From positions 11,160,001 to 11,224,000 of the forward strand of contig OX597839.1 of the NCBI GenBank assembly GCA_951406725.2: 64,000 bases of DNA. Reading direction: 5' to 3'. The notes under the pieces were generated by a model. The model was not told the DNA's origin, made no database searches, and saw nothing but the letters and a program-made list of their open reading frames with translations. This stretch comes from Octopus vulgaris (Eukaryota). The position numbers were made by a program, and so were the translations under genes. Below are positions 38,469 through 51,858 of this stretch, in pieces (position 1 is the first letter of the stretch; each line of letters starts with the position of its first letter).

Positions 38469-38838
38469 AGTAGTAGTAGTTGTAGTCATCGTCGTCCTTT
38501 CAGCTATAGACAAAAAGCCTGAAATTAATTGTGTGTGTGCATCAGCTCCAATACTCAACTGTTTCTTACCGAAAGGCAAAATGGGCCTCAACATCTGAAC
38601 TCAGAATATGTAAAGCCAGAAGAGAAGCCACTAAGCGTTTTGCCTGTTGCTGCAATGATTCTGCCAGCTCATCACCTTAATTAATAATAATGATAATAAC
38701 AATAATAATTTGAATCAGCTTTATGGAAGAAAAAAAACTCCGAAGAAACTCAGGCACTTTTTCCAGTACTTTGAAATTTATTAAGTAAATTTATTTACAC
38801 TCCATACATATACCTATGTGTATGTAGTGTGTGTGTAT

Positions 38839-38880
<42 letters not shown>

Positions 38881-39021
38881 TTACTGGTTTCAGTCTGCTG
38901 GGGTACCACCATCAAATGTTTAGTTGGTCATATTCACCCCAATATTTAAGTTTAGTGTAGTTCATATTTTATTGATCTTTGATTGCTGAAGCTAAAATAC
39001 ATAAAGACACAACTATATATA

Positions 39022-39076
<55 letters not shown>

Positions 39077-39499
39077 ATCTATATATATATATATATATAA
39101 TGTGCATACACACACAAGCATATATAGTGTAGTACAGTATAGCTGAAATGAAACAAGTCTGTGATTACTGGTACATGTAGACAAAGCAAATATATCGGTA
39201 AAACCTGGTACAAAGCCAGCAGCAAAGTACAATAAATGTGAATGAGTTCCTGTAGATGCAGACAAAGCAAATATATTTTATAATGAGTAGCAGAGGGGGA
39301 GAGAAAAAAATTGAATGCAATGTAATAGAAAATTGGTATTTTAGTAAATAGCATAGGCTACGTAGCAAGCAGTAAAGTAGAATAAATGTTAGGGGCGGGG
39401 TGAGGATCTCGAAGGCTTATTTAATCATCATTTTGTGAAACCTAGGAAGCATCATCTGCAAAACTAGGGAAAAAACCAGCATCCTCAAAGCCTGAAAAC

Positions 39500-39700
39500 T
39501 CATTCTCTCTGCTGACATCCGTAGTAATCTGTCGGTGGAGTAGGATCTGAGTTGTCAATATTTTCTTTCAACAATAAATCATCCTCAGTACCATCCATGG
39601 CATTATTAATGGTTTCACCACTATCTCTTTTACAACATGCCTTAAAACTATTTACTTTCTACAATAATGGCTTCTTTCCTTCTCTCTGTATTTATCGCTT
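39500..39700 (-). pseudogene. pogo/Tigger-like DDE transposase C-terminal relic
   Basis: Minus-strand translation VNSFKACC...INNAMDGTEDDLLL matches the pogo-family SFKKCGISNAMDGTEDD motif. Confidence 0.6.
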
Positions 39701-39785
39701 CAAAATCTCAAGTCTCCATCTATTTGTTCCAGTTCTCCTTCACAAACGTTTTAATCCTTTTAGCATTTAAGCCAGCTTACATTCA

Positions 39786-40018
39786 GGCGGCGAACTGGCA
39801 GAAACATTAGCACACCGGGCGAAATGCATAGCCGTATTTCGTCTGCCGTTACGTTCTAGGTTCAAATTCCCCCCCGAGGTCGACTTTGCCTTTCATCCTT
39901 TCGGGGTCGATAAATTAAGTACCAGTTACGCACTGGGGTCGATGTAATCGACTTGATCTGTTTGTCTGTCCTTGTTTGTCCCCCCTGTGTTTAGCCCCTT
40001 GTGGGTAGTAAAGAAATA
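39786..40018 (+). mobile_element. Full-length SINE family B inserted into a family C MITE (~39751-40184)
   Basis: Near-consensus B copy; MITE sequence resumes after the tail. Confidence 0.85.
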
Positions 40019-40370
40019 AATATTCAAATCAGCCAGATCTGTTATCTCAGACTTACCCTACAACGTCATCCTTAAAATAACACATCATTGATATCTCAAA
40101 GCTACGAAATAATGGATGATTAATTCAAAACAATGTCAATAACTTATTACATTTGTCAGAGTAATCTGAATGTTAAAGAGTTGAATGTGTTATTGATTTA
40201 TTCATCTAAAGGCCACAAGCAGTTACCTAATTTTCTCTGGTATTACAACTTAGTTTTCCTTAACAAGCTCAGTTCTCTGAGCCTGAAACCTAACCCAAAC
40301 TAATGATGTAGGTTTTTTTTAATAACACATCGAAATGCCTGAATCATATGTTAACTATCCATAGTATATA

Positions 40371-40763
40371 GGCGCAGGAGTGGCTGTGTGGTAAGTAGCT
40401 TGCTTATGAACTACATAGTTCCAGGTTCAGTCCCACTGTGTGGCACTTTGGGCAAGTGTCTTCTACTATAGCCTTGGGCCGATCAAAGCCTTGTGAGTGG
40501 ATTTGGTAGACGGAAACTGAAAGAAGCCTGTCGTATATATGTGTGTGTGTTTGTGTGTCTGTGTTTGTCCTCCTCCCCAATATCACTTGACAACCGATGC
40601 TGGTGTGTTTACGACCCCGTCACTTAGCGGTTCGGCAAAAGAGACTGATAGAATAAGTACTAGGCTTGCAAAGAATAATTCCTGGGGTCGATTTGCTCGA
40701 CTAAAGGCGGTGCTCCAGCATGGCCACAGTCAAATGACTGAAACAAGTAAAAGTAAAGTAAGT
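40371..40763 (+). mobile_element. Full-length SINE family A
   Basis: GGCGCAGGAGTGGCTGTGTGG head through GAAACAAGTAAAAGT tail. Confidence 0.9.
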
Positions 40764-40788
40764 GTAGATTATAAGAAGGATCTTTAAT

Positions 40789-40988
40789 TTAACCTTTTAA
40801 ACTGGCCATATTTGACATAAATATTTCTATCTGTTTTATGCTCAAACTGACCAGATCTGGCCTCCCACAAACAACCACATCAGAGAAACCTTGAACCTCC
40901 ATGATGATGCATGATTAATTCATAACAAGAACAATGTGAATAAATATGCATGACATTTGACAGAATAAACTGAATGCCAAAAGGTCAA
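40789..40988. mobile_element. Diverged family C MITE
   Basis: Internal similarity to family C, eroded TIRs. Confidence 0.65.
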
Positions 40989-41121
40989 TGTTGTAACAGT
41001 GCTTTGTCATTGTTGATGCATGAATCTTGCAGTACGCAGGAAATTTACCATAAATCAAAAATGTTAGTGAATAACCATAATCAGAATCTATCTCTGATCA
41101 AAGTCATTGTGTGAGGATATC

Positions 41122-41465
41122 GTTCAAATTCCGCCGAGGTCGACTTTGCCTTTCATCCTTTCGGGGTCGATAAATTAAGTACCAGTTACACACTGGGGTC
41201 GATGTAATCGACCTAATCCATTTGTCTGTCCTTGTTTGTCCTCTCTGTGTTTAGCCCCATATGCGTAGTAAAGAAATAGGTATTTCTTCTGCTGTTATGT
41301 TCTGAGTCCAAATTCCGCCGAGGTCGACTTTGCCTTTCATCCTTTCGAGGTCGATAAATAAAAGTACCAGTTACGCACTGGGATCAATGTAATCGACTTA
41401 ATCCCTTTGTCTGTCCTTGTTTGTCCTCTCTATGTTTTTAGCCCCCTGTGGGCAATAAAGAAATA
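41122..41465 (+). mobile_element. 5'-truncated SINE family B with duplicated body
   Basis: Junction AAAGAAATAG-GTATTTCTTCTGCTG, equivalent to the junction at 38284. Confidence 0.85.
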
Positions 41466-41960
41466 TATATTTTTGGTCAAGAGATTTACCAACAAGATGT
41501 GATGCTCATACTTTTGGCTGTGGTGTTTTTTTTTTTCGTTGCCGTGATCCGCCACAGGGTGTAGCATCATCTCTATTGTTTTGTAATCAACCATTAGCTG
41601 TATAACTGACTGACAGCTGATGTTGTGAACATCCTTTAATCTTTCTGGTAGCGTTTCTTTTTATTTACCAGTTGATAATAAACAAATGTTTCTTAAAGGT
41701 AACGCAGTAATTAAATAATGTAAGACATGTATCTGGCTTGGGGTTACTGGGGAAGGAGGTACAGTGAGGTGATATGAAATTCCTTCTACTGTTAGCTTCA
41801 AATGTACTGTAAGCTATTATTTAGTTCTTAAACAAATTTGCCATACGTTTGCGCTAACAGATTAGGATAATTCAGCTTGTTTTTTAAGTATTTTATCTTT
41901 AATAATATTTTTAGCAACATAATTTTTGCGGTTAGTGAATGCCTGAGCCTTCACGTGGTA

Positions 41961-42344
41961 TCTCTCTCTATATAAACGGCAGTTTGTCTGTGCGTTTTCT
42001 GTGTGTCTGTTTTCTCGTACCCTCACTCTGACCACGGCTTTCAACCGATTCTGATGAAACTTGACACACACATAGCCCAATGTCATAATTCAAAACTAAC
42101 GCAGCGAAAATTTTGAAAAGTTCCCCCAGTTCTGAAAAAAATCGATAAATTTGACATGGGGTCGAGAATGAGAAACCCAAACCACAGACCGTCTAGGGGA
42201 CGCAACTCCACCTGTTTTAACTCTCAAAAAAAATTTACCATCATTTTTTCCCCATTTTTTTGCTATTTTTTGGCTATAACTCTCTAAAAATGCTTTATAG
42301 TTATTTCCCTTACAAACCTGAGCAACGCCGGGCGATACTGCTAG
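41961..42344 (+). mobile_element. Non-autonomous Helitron
   Basis: 5' A|TCTCTCTCTATATAAA, subterminal GC hairpin CCTGAGCAACGCCGGG, 3' CTAG|T, no TSD. Confidence 0.8.
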
Positions 42345-42701
42345 TTTTATATAGATATACAAAGTTAACTAGCCCAACTACTAGCTAAGTATTTGGCACT
42401 TGCAGTGTTGTTTGGTCTCCCATCTGTAATGCGAACGCATTAGACGTGAAGTAAGTTTTAAATTGCTTTTTTATTATTTTTTGTGGTGGTGGTGGTGGTG
42501 GTGGTGGTAGGGGTAATATTGGCTTCAAATTATGGCACAAGGCCAGCAGTTTCAGGGGAAGGGGTAAGTCGATCACATTGACTCCAGTGCTCAACTGGTA
42601 CTTATTTTGTTGGCTCTGAAAGGATGACAGGTAAAGTCATCCCTGATGGACTCAGAATATAAAGATGGATGAAATACATCTTTACATTCTTTACATTTAT
42701 A

Positions 42702-42870
42702 GGTGCAGGAGTGGCTGTGTGGTAAGTAGCTTGCTTACCAACCAGATCGTTCCAGGTTCAGTCCCACTGCGTGGCACCTTGGGCAAGTGTCTTCTAATGT
42801 ATCCTCAGGCTATCCAAAACCTTGTGAGTGGATTTGGTTGACGGAAACTGAAAGAAGCCCGTTGTATATA

Positions 42871-42935
<65 letters not shown>

Positions 42936-43150
42936 ATATGTTTGTGTGTCTGTGTTTGTCCCCCCAACACCGCTTGACAACCAATGCTGGTGTGTTTACA
43001 TCCGCGTCACTTAAAGGTTCGGCAAGAGAGACCGGTAGAATAACTACTAGACTTACAAAGAATAAGTCCTGGGGTCGATTTGCTCAACTAAAGGCGGTGC
43101 TCCAGCATAGCCGCAGTCAAATGACTGAAACAAATAAAAGAATAAAAGTA
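42702..43150 (+). mobile_element. Full-length SINE family A inserted into a minus-strand family B variant (~42520-43200)
   Basis: Complete A copy; B-variant sequence flanks both sides. Confidence 0.85.
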
Positions 43151-44180
43151 TACCATGAAGCATTTTACCTGGTGTGCTAATGATTCTGCCAGCTCGCCAC
43201 TTTTGTGGTGGAGGTAATATTGCATCCTATATATAGGCAGCAAATATCAATTTTATACAAGTTTGTCGATTTTATCATTTTTCACTTTTTGTAATCTATC
43301 CTTTAATGTGTCCTGAAAATTATTGTAGAATGTTCTGAATTTCATATTTTTGATAAAAAAAATCTTTATCCAAATCATTGAAGAATCCTATTTAGAAGTT
43401 GATATTTAAACAACTGTATCCAACTCAAATATTCTACCAGTTTAACATAGAAATTTGGCCATATCTGGCCTTTCACACCTTCCCTACTATGTCATTCTAA
43501 ATATGAACAATCACATAATTGAAAAATCCAGTCGCCTTATGACTGTCTAAAGCATGGGTTCTTATTTTATTACAGACCACTTTTGATTTACCAAATATTT
43601 TTATGGGTCTCTTGAGCATAAAACTAATGAAATTAAACAGAAAAATTTCAGTTTATCTGCAAATAATGCAACTTTAAAAAAAACAGTTGAAATAGGCAAA
43701 TGCATGTACATAGTGATAAACCCTAGTGTTTAATATGACTGCAATTATATGACAGGATTTTGCGTGGACCACTGGAAATTTTGCCATGAGCCAACCATCG
43801 ATCTAAAATATTTAACCCAACTTAATTGAATTAAGGTCATTGATATACCAGAGCTTTGTGAATCTGTACTGGTTCTTTGCTTCAGTTCAGTTTTGCGTGT
43901 GTGTATGTGTGTGTGGCTATTAACCTTGCTTCTATGGTAAAGTTTCTGGAAGAGATCCAGGAATTCCTGTGGCTATGAAGAGCTTGTTTGAGTAGTCTTT
44001 CTGTCACTTGTATGATAGCATGATTTATCACACTTCTCCCCCCCCCCACACACACACACAACTCATGCCAGGATAGAAAGCAGATGTAAAATGATAATGA
44101 TGTTGATGATGATGATGAAATCTCTGTCGGGTAATTGCTCAGCTTGCTTGAACTAGTCAAATCACCCCTCAAATCATTCC

Positions 44181-44416
44181 CTATCTATCTATCCGCTCAG
44201 TCGAAGTCGACTCTCGGTTACTCATTGGATCAGTGTCCTCCAGTCAGTTCTATCCTGGGCCACTTCTTTCAGATTGGCTATGTCCATTCCGGTATCACTC
44301 TTGATGGTGTCAAGCCAGCGGGTTCTTGGTCGGCCTCTTCCTCTCTTGCCACTGACCATTCCGAGCATGATGTCCTTCTCCAGGGATTTTCTCCGCATAA
44401 TATGACCAAAATATGC
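44181..44416 (-). mobile_element. 5'-truncated RTE/BovB-like LINE insertion with 11-bp TSD
   Basis: ORF AYFGHIMRRKSLEKDIMLGMVSGKRGRGRPRTRWLD...; (GATA)n tail; TSD CAAATCATTCC at 44170-44180 and 44417-44427. Confidence 0.9.
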
Positions 44417-44564
44417 CAAATCATTCCATCTTTAAAAATAAAAAAATCAGCATTTCAACCAGTCATATCCGACCCAAACGTTCTACCAATTTTATGTTCA
44501 AACTGGTCAGATTTGTCCTCTCATATCTACCCTACAATGTTGTCCTAAATAAAAACTAATCATA

Positions 44565-44730
44565 GGCGCAGGAGTGGCTGTGTGGTAAGTAGCTTGTTTA
44601 CCAACCACATGGTTCCGGGTTCAGTCCCACTGCATGGCACCTTGGGCAAGTGTCTTCTACTATAGCCTCGGGCTGATCCAAAGCCTTCTGAATGGATTTG
44701 GTAGATGGAAACTGAAAGAAGCCTGTCGTA

Positions 44731-44792
<62 letters not shown>

Positions 44793-45005
44793 TGTGTGTG
44801 TTTGTGCGTCTGTGTTTGTCCCCCTAGCATTGCTTGACAACCGATGCTAGTGTGTTTATGTCCCTGTTACTTAGCGGTTCGGCAAAAGAGACCGATAGAA
44901 TAAGTACTGGGCTTAGAAAAGAATAAGTCCCGGGGTCGATTTGCTCGACTAAAGGCAGTGCTCCAGCATGGCCACAATCAAATGACTCAAACAAGTAAAA
45001 GAGTA
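44565..45005 (+). mobile_element. Full-length SINE family A inserted into a family C MITE (~44448-45105)
   Basis: Complete A copy; AATCAT on both flanks; MITE sequence continues. Confidence 0.88.
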
Positions 45006-45264
45006 AATCATCTAAATCTTGAAGCCACGAGATAATGCATGATTAATTCGAAAGGCTGTGAATGAATAAGCTTTACATTTGAATAATCTGAATGCCGAGC
45101 AGTTGATATTGTGTTAGGTACTCTAATGGCTAAATATAACAAAGGCAAGACGATCGTGGCTAGGCTATATCTACTGGATCTGAGATGACCTGGGGCTAAT
45201 CGACAACAGCATTATCATTGTAAACCAGATTGTCTGTGCTGGGAGGTTGATTCCCATGGCTTTC

Positions 45265-45324
<60 letters not shown>

Positions 45325-45565
45325 TACACACACACACGCACATGCAGAATGATGCTGGTCTGAATGGTCTGTGTATACTTGAAATGAAACACTGCTGCTT
45401 GTCTTGCTATGAAATAGACATCATCTATCATCAAGTGGAACTGATACCGATTTAGTAGGCTGTAGGGCTTATTTATTTATATATTTATTTATGTTTTTTT
45501 TTTTCAGAAAGAATATTCTGTTTTCAATATAGAGTTGAGTTCTTTATTATATGCATGTGTGTATG

Positions 45566-45576
<11 letters not shown>

Positions 45577-45600
<24 letters not shown>

Positions 45601-45785
45601 ATTTGCATATGTATATAAAAATGGATATATGTATTTGTGTGTGTGTGTGTGTATTTGCATATGTATATAGAAATGGATGTATGTATATGTGTGTGTGTGT
45701 GTGTGTATTTGCATATGTATATAAAAATGGATGTATGTATATGTGTGTGGGTGTGTATTTGCATATGTATATAGAAATGGATGTA

Positions 45786-45822
<37 letters not shown>

Positions 45823-45930
45823 TTGCATATGTATATAGAAATGGATGTATGTATATGTGTGTGTGCGTGTGTGTGTGTATTTGCATATGTATATAAAAAT
45901 GGATGTATGTATTTATATATGTGTGTGTGT
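45577..45930. repeat. Minisatellite, ~6 units of ~50-65 bp
   Basis: (GT)nATTTGCATATGTATATA(A/G)AAATGGATGTATGTATAT repeated. Confidence 0.9.
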
Positions 45931-46335
45931 ATCTCTTGATGTTTGATCTTTGTTCTTAACAAAACACACACCCACATGTGCATGCAATCACATGTATTCT
46001 AGCACACACACACATACACACATACACACATTCTGCATTTCTTTCTCACATGTATACCCACATGAACATTTTCTTGATCTCCGTCTCTCTCTCTCTCTCT
46101 CTCTCTCTCATAACAATTCTCTATTAAGGAACTGTGTTTTGTTAGCATGATGTTGGAACCAATTGTCTTTGGAGTGTTTCGTGAAGCACCCGAATCACCT
46201 ATTCGTGGAATTTCTTTATGCTGGAGGTGTTTCCTAACCTGTTCATGGCAAATCTGTAATTTTATCTCGATTTTTACAAGTGTACTGCCTAAAGTTGAAT
46301 TGCTCTGAGGAACGTTATTCATTTTTCAATAGTGG

Positions 46336-46557
46336 CCACCACCCACCACCACCACTACAACTATTACTACCACCACCACCACTACTACTACTCTCACTAC
46401 CATCACCACCACCTCTGTTGCTGCTGCTACTACTACTACCACCACCACCACTACTACAACTATTACAACCACCACTACCACCACTACTGTCACCACCACC
46501 ACCACCACCACCACTACTGTCACTACCACCACCTCTGCTGCTACTACTACTACCACC

Positions 46558-46594
<37 letters not shown>

Positions 46595-46624
46595 TTACTG
46601 TCACCACCACCTCTGCTGCTGCTG

Positions 46625-46655
<31 letters not shown>

Positions 46656-47098
46656 CATCACTACAACTACTATTACCACCACAACTATTACTGTCACTAC
46701 TACTATCACTATCACGACACCATTGTAATCATCACCTTTACTATTACTTCCTCCACTATTACCACCACTTCTTCTTCCACTATCGCCACTACCACTATCA
46801 TTACCAGTATCAATTCTTCTATCACCACCACCACCACCACCACCACCACCACCACCATCATTACCTCTATCCTCACATCACCATTACCTCTGTCATCACT
46901 ACTACCATCATTTCCAACGCCATCACCACTGCTAAGATACCATCGCCAATTACCACAGTGTTACCATCACCATCACTTCCACCACCATTACTACCAGCAC
47001 CCCTATCATCTCCACTAATAAGACCCATTATCACTACCCTCTCCTTTCACCGCCATCATTACCATCAATACCCCACCATCACCACCACCACCACCATT
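46336..47098. repeat. CAC/TAC/CAT trinucleotide low-complexity tract
   Basis: Gives rise to the spurious poly-P/L/H/Y/V ORFs. Confidence 0.9.
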
Positions 47099-47807
47099 TC
47101 AAATGCACAAATGCTCCAAGCATTTCCAAATGCTAAGGAATATTGTTTGTTGTTAATTATACAGTTTTACAACTGACTACGTTTTGTTCAGGAGTTTTTA
47201 TAAACTGTATACTAAGTTAGGCTTTGCTGTTTGGTTAACAAGTTAGCATTTCAATGTCATGGTTCGTAGGTTCAATCCCCATGTGCGGCACACTTCTACC
47301 AGTGTCTTCTACCAGTGTTCCATGATTGGCCAATCAAGTAGAAGACACTTCTACCAGTGTCTTCTACCAGTGTTCCATGATTGGCCAATCATGTATGAGT
47401 GAAACTTTTTACGCAGAATCTTTACTAAGGACCACAGATGATTTCAGCAGTCTAAGAAAACCTACAAAGGGCTGTCCCTCTTCTTTCAGCTATATTGGAA
47501 TAAAGGGATATAATCACAACACAAACAAATATATGCACAATGGTCTTCTTTCAGTTTCCATCTACTAAATCCACTCACAAGGCTTTGGTTGGCTTACAGC
47601 TATAGCAGAAGGACCTTGCTCAAGGAGCCATGCAATTGGACTGAACCTAGAGTCATGTAGTTGGGAAACAACTTCTTACCACACAGCCAAACCTGCACCT
47701 ACACACACACACACACACACTGCTGTGAATACATTGTCATCTAAATTACAAAAATATGAAAATAACGCTGACATCTCATTTTAACAGATATATTTACCAA
47801 AATTACA

Positions 47808-48372
47808 ACTGTGCCCCACACGTAATAATCAAGGGGGTTGCATTTTGGGGAGTAGGTGGTCAGATGTGAGGAGTGATGTGGTTAGAGAAATTGTCTGACA
47901 GCCATGACTGAGTGTTCTTGCTTGTGTGGCATGGTGCGGAGTCCTGTTGCCAAACATAGGGTCTTCCAGCAGCCACCCTCTTGACCCAGGGCAGCACTAC
48001 CTCCTCTAGGTACAAGATGTAGGACTAGTGGGAAGATGAATGGAGGCATAACATCCCAATCACTAGTTGATCACTCCAAACACCATGATGTTGACTGGAT
48101 GTTTGATTTTTATCACTCTCAATACTTATCTTCAGACTGACATCCAAACACACTGAAATGTTTTGTACTGGAGTTTCTCAAGCAAATACCAAGCAGTACA
48201 GCATGCTGTTTCCAAATTTCTGGCAGAATGAATTGCATCATGGTGCTGTTTTTCTCACAGACAGTGCCCAACTGACCCTACTATACTGTGTAGTCCACAA
48301 AATCAAAAACAAACAATGTTCATGCGTGAATTTAAAAATATAAAATGGGGACAATTTAGTCATCACACCTGT
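47808..48372 (-). pseudogene. Internally deleted Tc1/mariner DD37D (maT) transposon relic
   Basis: IMVFGVI...VMPPFIFP; LEEVVLPWVKRVAAGRPYVWQQDSAPCHTSKNTQSWL...W(stop)PPNSPKCNPLDYYVWGTV after correcting a 1-nt deletion; 37 residues between the second and third D; TIR-like end near 48372. Confidence 0.85.
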
Positions 48373-48600
48373 GCTTTTATATATATATGGTGTCCATCCA
48401 TACATACTGGCATATCCTCTTTATTCCTCTCTCAGCTGAGAGGCTCTAGTTTTGTAGCTTCTGGGTGCTGGTGCCATGTAAAAGTACCGAGTACATCCTG
48501 TAAAGTGGTTGGCATTAGGAAGGGCATCCAGTTGTTGAAATACCAAAATAGACAAAATGGAACCTAGGTAGCTCGTCAGCTGGCCAACTCCTATCATACC

Positions 48601-48833
48601 TATTTCTTTACTCTACCCACAAGGGGCTAAACACAGAGAGGACAAACAAGTACAGACAAACGGATTAAGTCGATTATATCGACCCCAGTGCGTAACTGAT
48701 ACTTAATTTATCGACCCCGAAAGGATGAAAGGCAGAGTCGACCTCGGCGGAATTTGAACTCAGAACGTAACGGCAGACGAAATACGGCTACGCATTTCGC
48801 CCGGCGTGCTAACGTTTCTGCCAGCTCGCCGCC
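48601..48833 (-). mobile_element. Young full-length SINE family B with 15-bp TSD, inside a family E element
   Basis: TSD AACTCCTATCATACC at 48586-48600 and 48836-48850; CpGs intact. Confidence 0.9.
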
Positions 48834-49379
48834 CTAACTCCTATCATACCATCTAACCCATGCCAGCATGGAGAATGGGCGTTAAATGATGGTGGTGGTG
48901 ATATAGTCTGTGTGTGTGTGTGAGTTTGTGTATTTGAAATGAAAATCAAAATGCAAGCATAAACAGTTTATACGAGAACAAGATGTGGGGAGAGAAAAAG
49001 ATGTGTTTGTATCTACACTTTTAATACATACATACGTACGTACGTACGAATTTAAGTATGTACGTACGTATTTAAGTATGTATGTATGTATTCACAGTTC
49101 AATCCTAGATTAGCCCTGAAAATAAATGTTAATGTAATTATAAATATCTTTGTCGTCTGAGTGAGCAAGTAAATGTGAAATTTAAGTAATGGCATACGGC
49201 TCTGGCTGTATAAATATAATCACCCTCTGTCTACACAATGAATTGATTGCTTTTTTCTCTTGTTTGTTACAAACAACATTTGTGCCTGCATGTATGTATA
49301 TGCATAAATGTGTTTGTATGTATGTATATATATATACACACAGAGACATAAGTAAGTTGGACATACATGCACAACCTTC

Positions 49380-49387
49380 CCACACAC

Positions 49388-49418
<31 letters not shown>

Positions 49419-49705
49419 CATATACAAACATACATGCATATGTGTATGCACACATATACATATATATATATATATATATATTAAAAAACTTTAGAAACAC
49501 CAAGTGTGTTGGTATTTTACGGATAGACACATACACACACATTCAAGTGTATGTGTAGATAAGCAGTGCACTAATATAAGCAAATATACAATTTTCTCAT
49601 ACATACACACATATACATATATATACACACATATATATATACACACATATACTTATATACACACACATATATACACATATACAAACATAAATGCATATGT
49701 GTATG

Positions 49706-49746
<41 letters not shown>

Positions 49747-50040
49747 ACTTTAGAAACACCAAGTGTGTTGGTATTTTACGGATAGACACACACTTATATA
49801 AGTAAATATACAACTCCCCCACCATATATATATAGACACATATTCTTATATATACAGACATATACATATACAAGCATGCATGTATATGTGTATGCACACA
49901 TATACATATATATATATATATATATATTAAAAAACTTCAGAAACACCAAGTGTGTTGGTTTTTTACAGATAGACACACACGCACATTCGAGTGTATGTGT
50001 AGATATGCAGTACCCACTTATATAAGCAAATATACATTTT
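49380..50040. repeat. Three-copy tandem repeat mixing unique and microsatellite sequence
   Basis: TTAAAAAACTT(T/C)AGAAACACCAAGTGTGTTGGT..TTTAC.GATAGACAC at ~49481, ~49740 and ~49927. Confidence 0.85.
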
Positions 50041-50407
50041 TGTTTGTGGTGTGGGTTGTAGGGTTGCCATTCTTTATCTTGCTTCAGTCGTTGGACTGTA
50101 GCCATGCTGGGGTACCACCTTCAAGTGTTCTTATCTAACAAATCAACCCCAGTACTTATTCTTTATAGCCTGGTACTTACTTATTCTAGTGGTCTCTAAT
50201 TGTTGAATCACTAAGCTATGGAAATATAAACAAACCAACATTGGTTGGAAAGGGGCAGTGGGGGATAAACACAAAGGTGCACGTGTGCACACACACACAC
50301 ACACACGTACACAGTGGGCTTCTTTCAGTTTCCATCTACGAAATCTTGTTCAAGATTTTGCTCAACCTTATAATTCATTTGTTTATTTTATACAGCAATA
50401 TACCATT

Positions 50408-50652
50408 ACTCTTTACTCTTTTACTTGTTTCAGTCATTTGACTGTGGCCATGCTGGAGCACCGCCTTTAGTCGAGCAAATTGACACCCAGGACTCATTCT
50501 TTGTAAGCCTAGTACTTATTCTATCGGTCGCTTTTGCCGAACTGCTAAGTTACGGGCACGTAAACACATCAGCATCGGTTGTCAAGCGATGTAGGGGTGG
50601 GGGGAGGACAAACACAGGCACACAAACATATACACACACATACATACATATA

Positions 50653-50704
<52 letters not shown>

Positions 50705-50867
50705 GACAGGCTTCTTTCAGTTTCTGTCTACCAAATCCACTCACAAGGCTTTGGTCGGCCCGAGGCTATAGTAGAAGACACTTGCCCAAGGTGCCACGCA
50801 GTGGGACTGAACCTGGAACCATGTGGTTCGTAAAGCAAGCTACTTACCACACACCCACTCCTACGCC
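50408..50867 (-). mobile_element. Full-length SINE family A
   Basis: Reverse complement of complete family A. Confidence 0.88.
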
Positions 50868-51672
50868 TATTGTATATTTTAATATATACACTCCTATGCC
50901 ATTGTATATATTTTTTTTTTAGTTTATTTGTTGCATATTTTAGTTTTTTCTAAAAAAATGAACTGAGTACCTAATAGCATTGAAATAAACTGCACTCATG
51001 TGTGTGTGTGTGTGTGTGTGTGTGGTATGTGGCCTTGATAGAATTAAAAATAAAATTGCACTTGGCTCAATATACTATATCAGCAGAGTAAGTGACCACC
51101 TTTGGAGGTTAGTATAGTTATTAGACAAGTTGTAACCTGTTCAGTGCAATAATGTCTTTAATCTCAGCCTACCACTTCACTGATTGCAATATTTTTTTTC
51201 TGTCTGACATAACACGTCAGATATAAACCACCACCACCACCACCTCCACCACCACTATTACTTGTTCTTAATTGTAGCAATTTCCACTTAATTCGTTATG
51301 ATGTCTTCCTTTCCATTTTAAATTTATTCTAGATAGATATTATTCCTTTCTTATTTCAGCAACATTTAAAATGTCATTGTGTGTTTGAAAAGAAAATTTA
51401 TCAAGAAAAAAAAGAAAGAATAAAATTGAAAATTTGCTAAGCTTTTATTGAACGAGAGAGAATCTGTAGGTTGATAAATAAGTTATGCATCATCTCTGTA
51501 TATGGGGAGCCTAGTTTCTCAGTATGTTAAGTTTTGAGGGTTTGCGAGTTAAGGAAAGGCTAATGTTATCATTGATGTTGATATTGATGTCATTGTCCTC
51601 CCCTTCCTCCTCCTCCTCCTACTACTGCTGCTGCTATTGCTACTGCTGCTACTACTACTTCTACTACTACTA

Positions 51673-51704
<32 letters not shown>

Positions 51705-51810
51705 ACTATTACTACTGCTGCCACTACTCCTACTACTACTACTACTACTACATATAGCAGATCTAAGATCAAAGATGTTCCAGTTGAGACTATCCTCCTG
51801 TCTTTAAAGC

Positions 51811-51858
<48 letters not shown>

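Noticed and set aside
45577-45930. Repeat-spacer-like periodic array
   Set aside because: Spacers are variable-length (GT)n rather than unique sequence, the context is eukaryotic and there are no cas genes; a minisatellite, not CRISPR
45999-46322. 107-aa minus ORF and 53-aa plus ORF in unique sequence
   Set aside because: No recognisable homology, runs into (GA)n/(GT)n, and no convincing splice donor
46280-47176. 298-aa Pro/Leu/His-rich ORF, the longest in the window
   Set aside because: Translation of a CAC/TAC trinucleotide tract that is open in several frames and both strands; no domain or splice support
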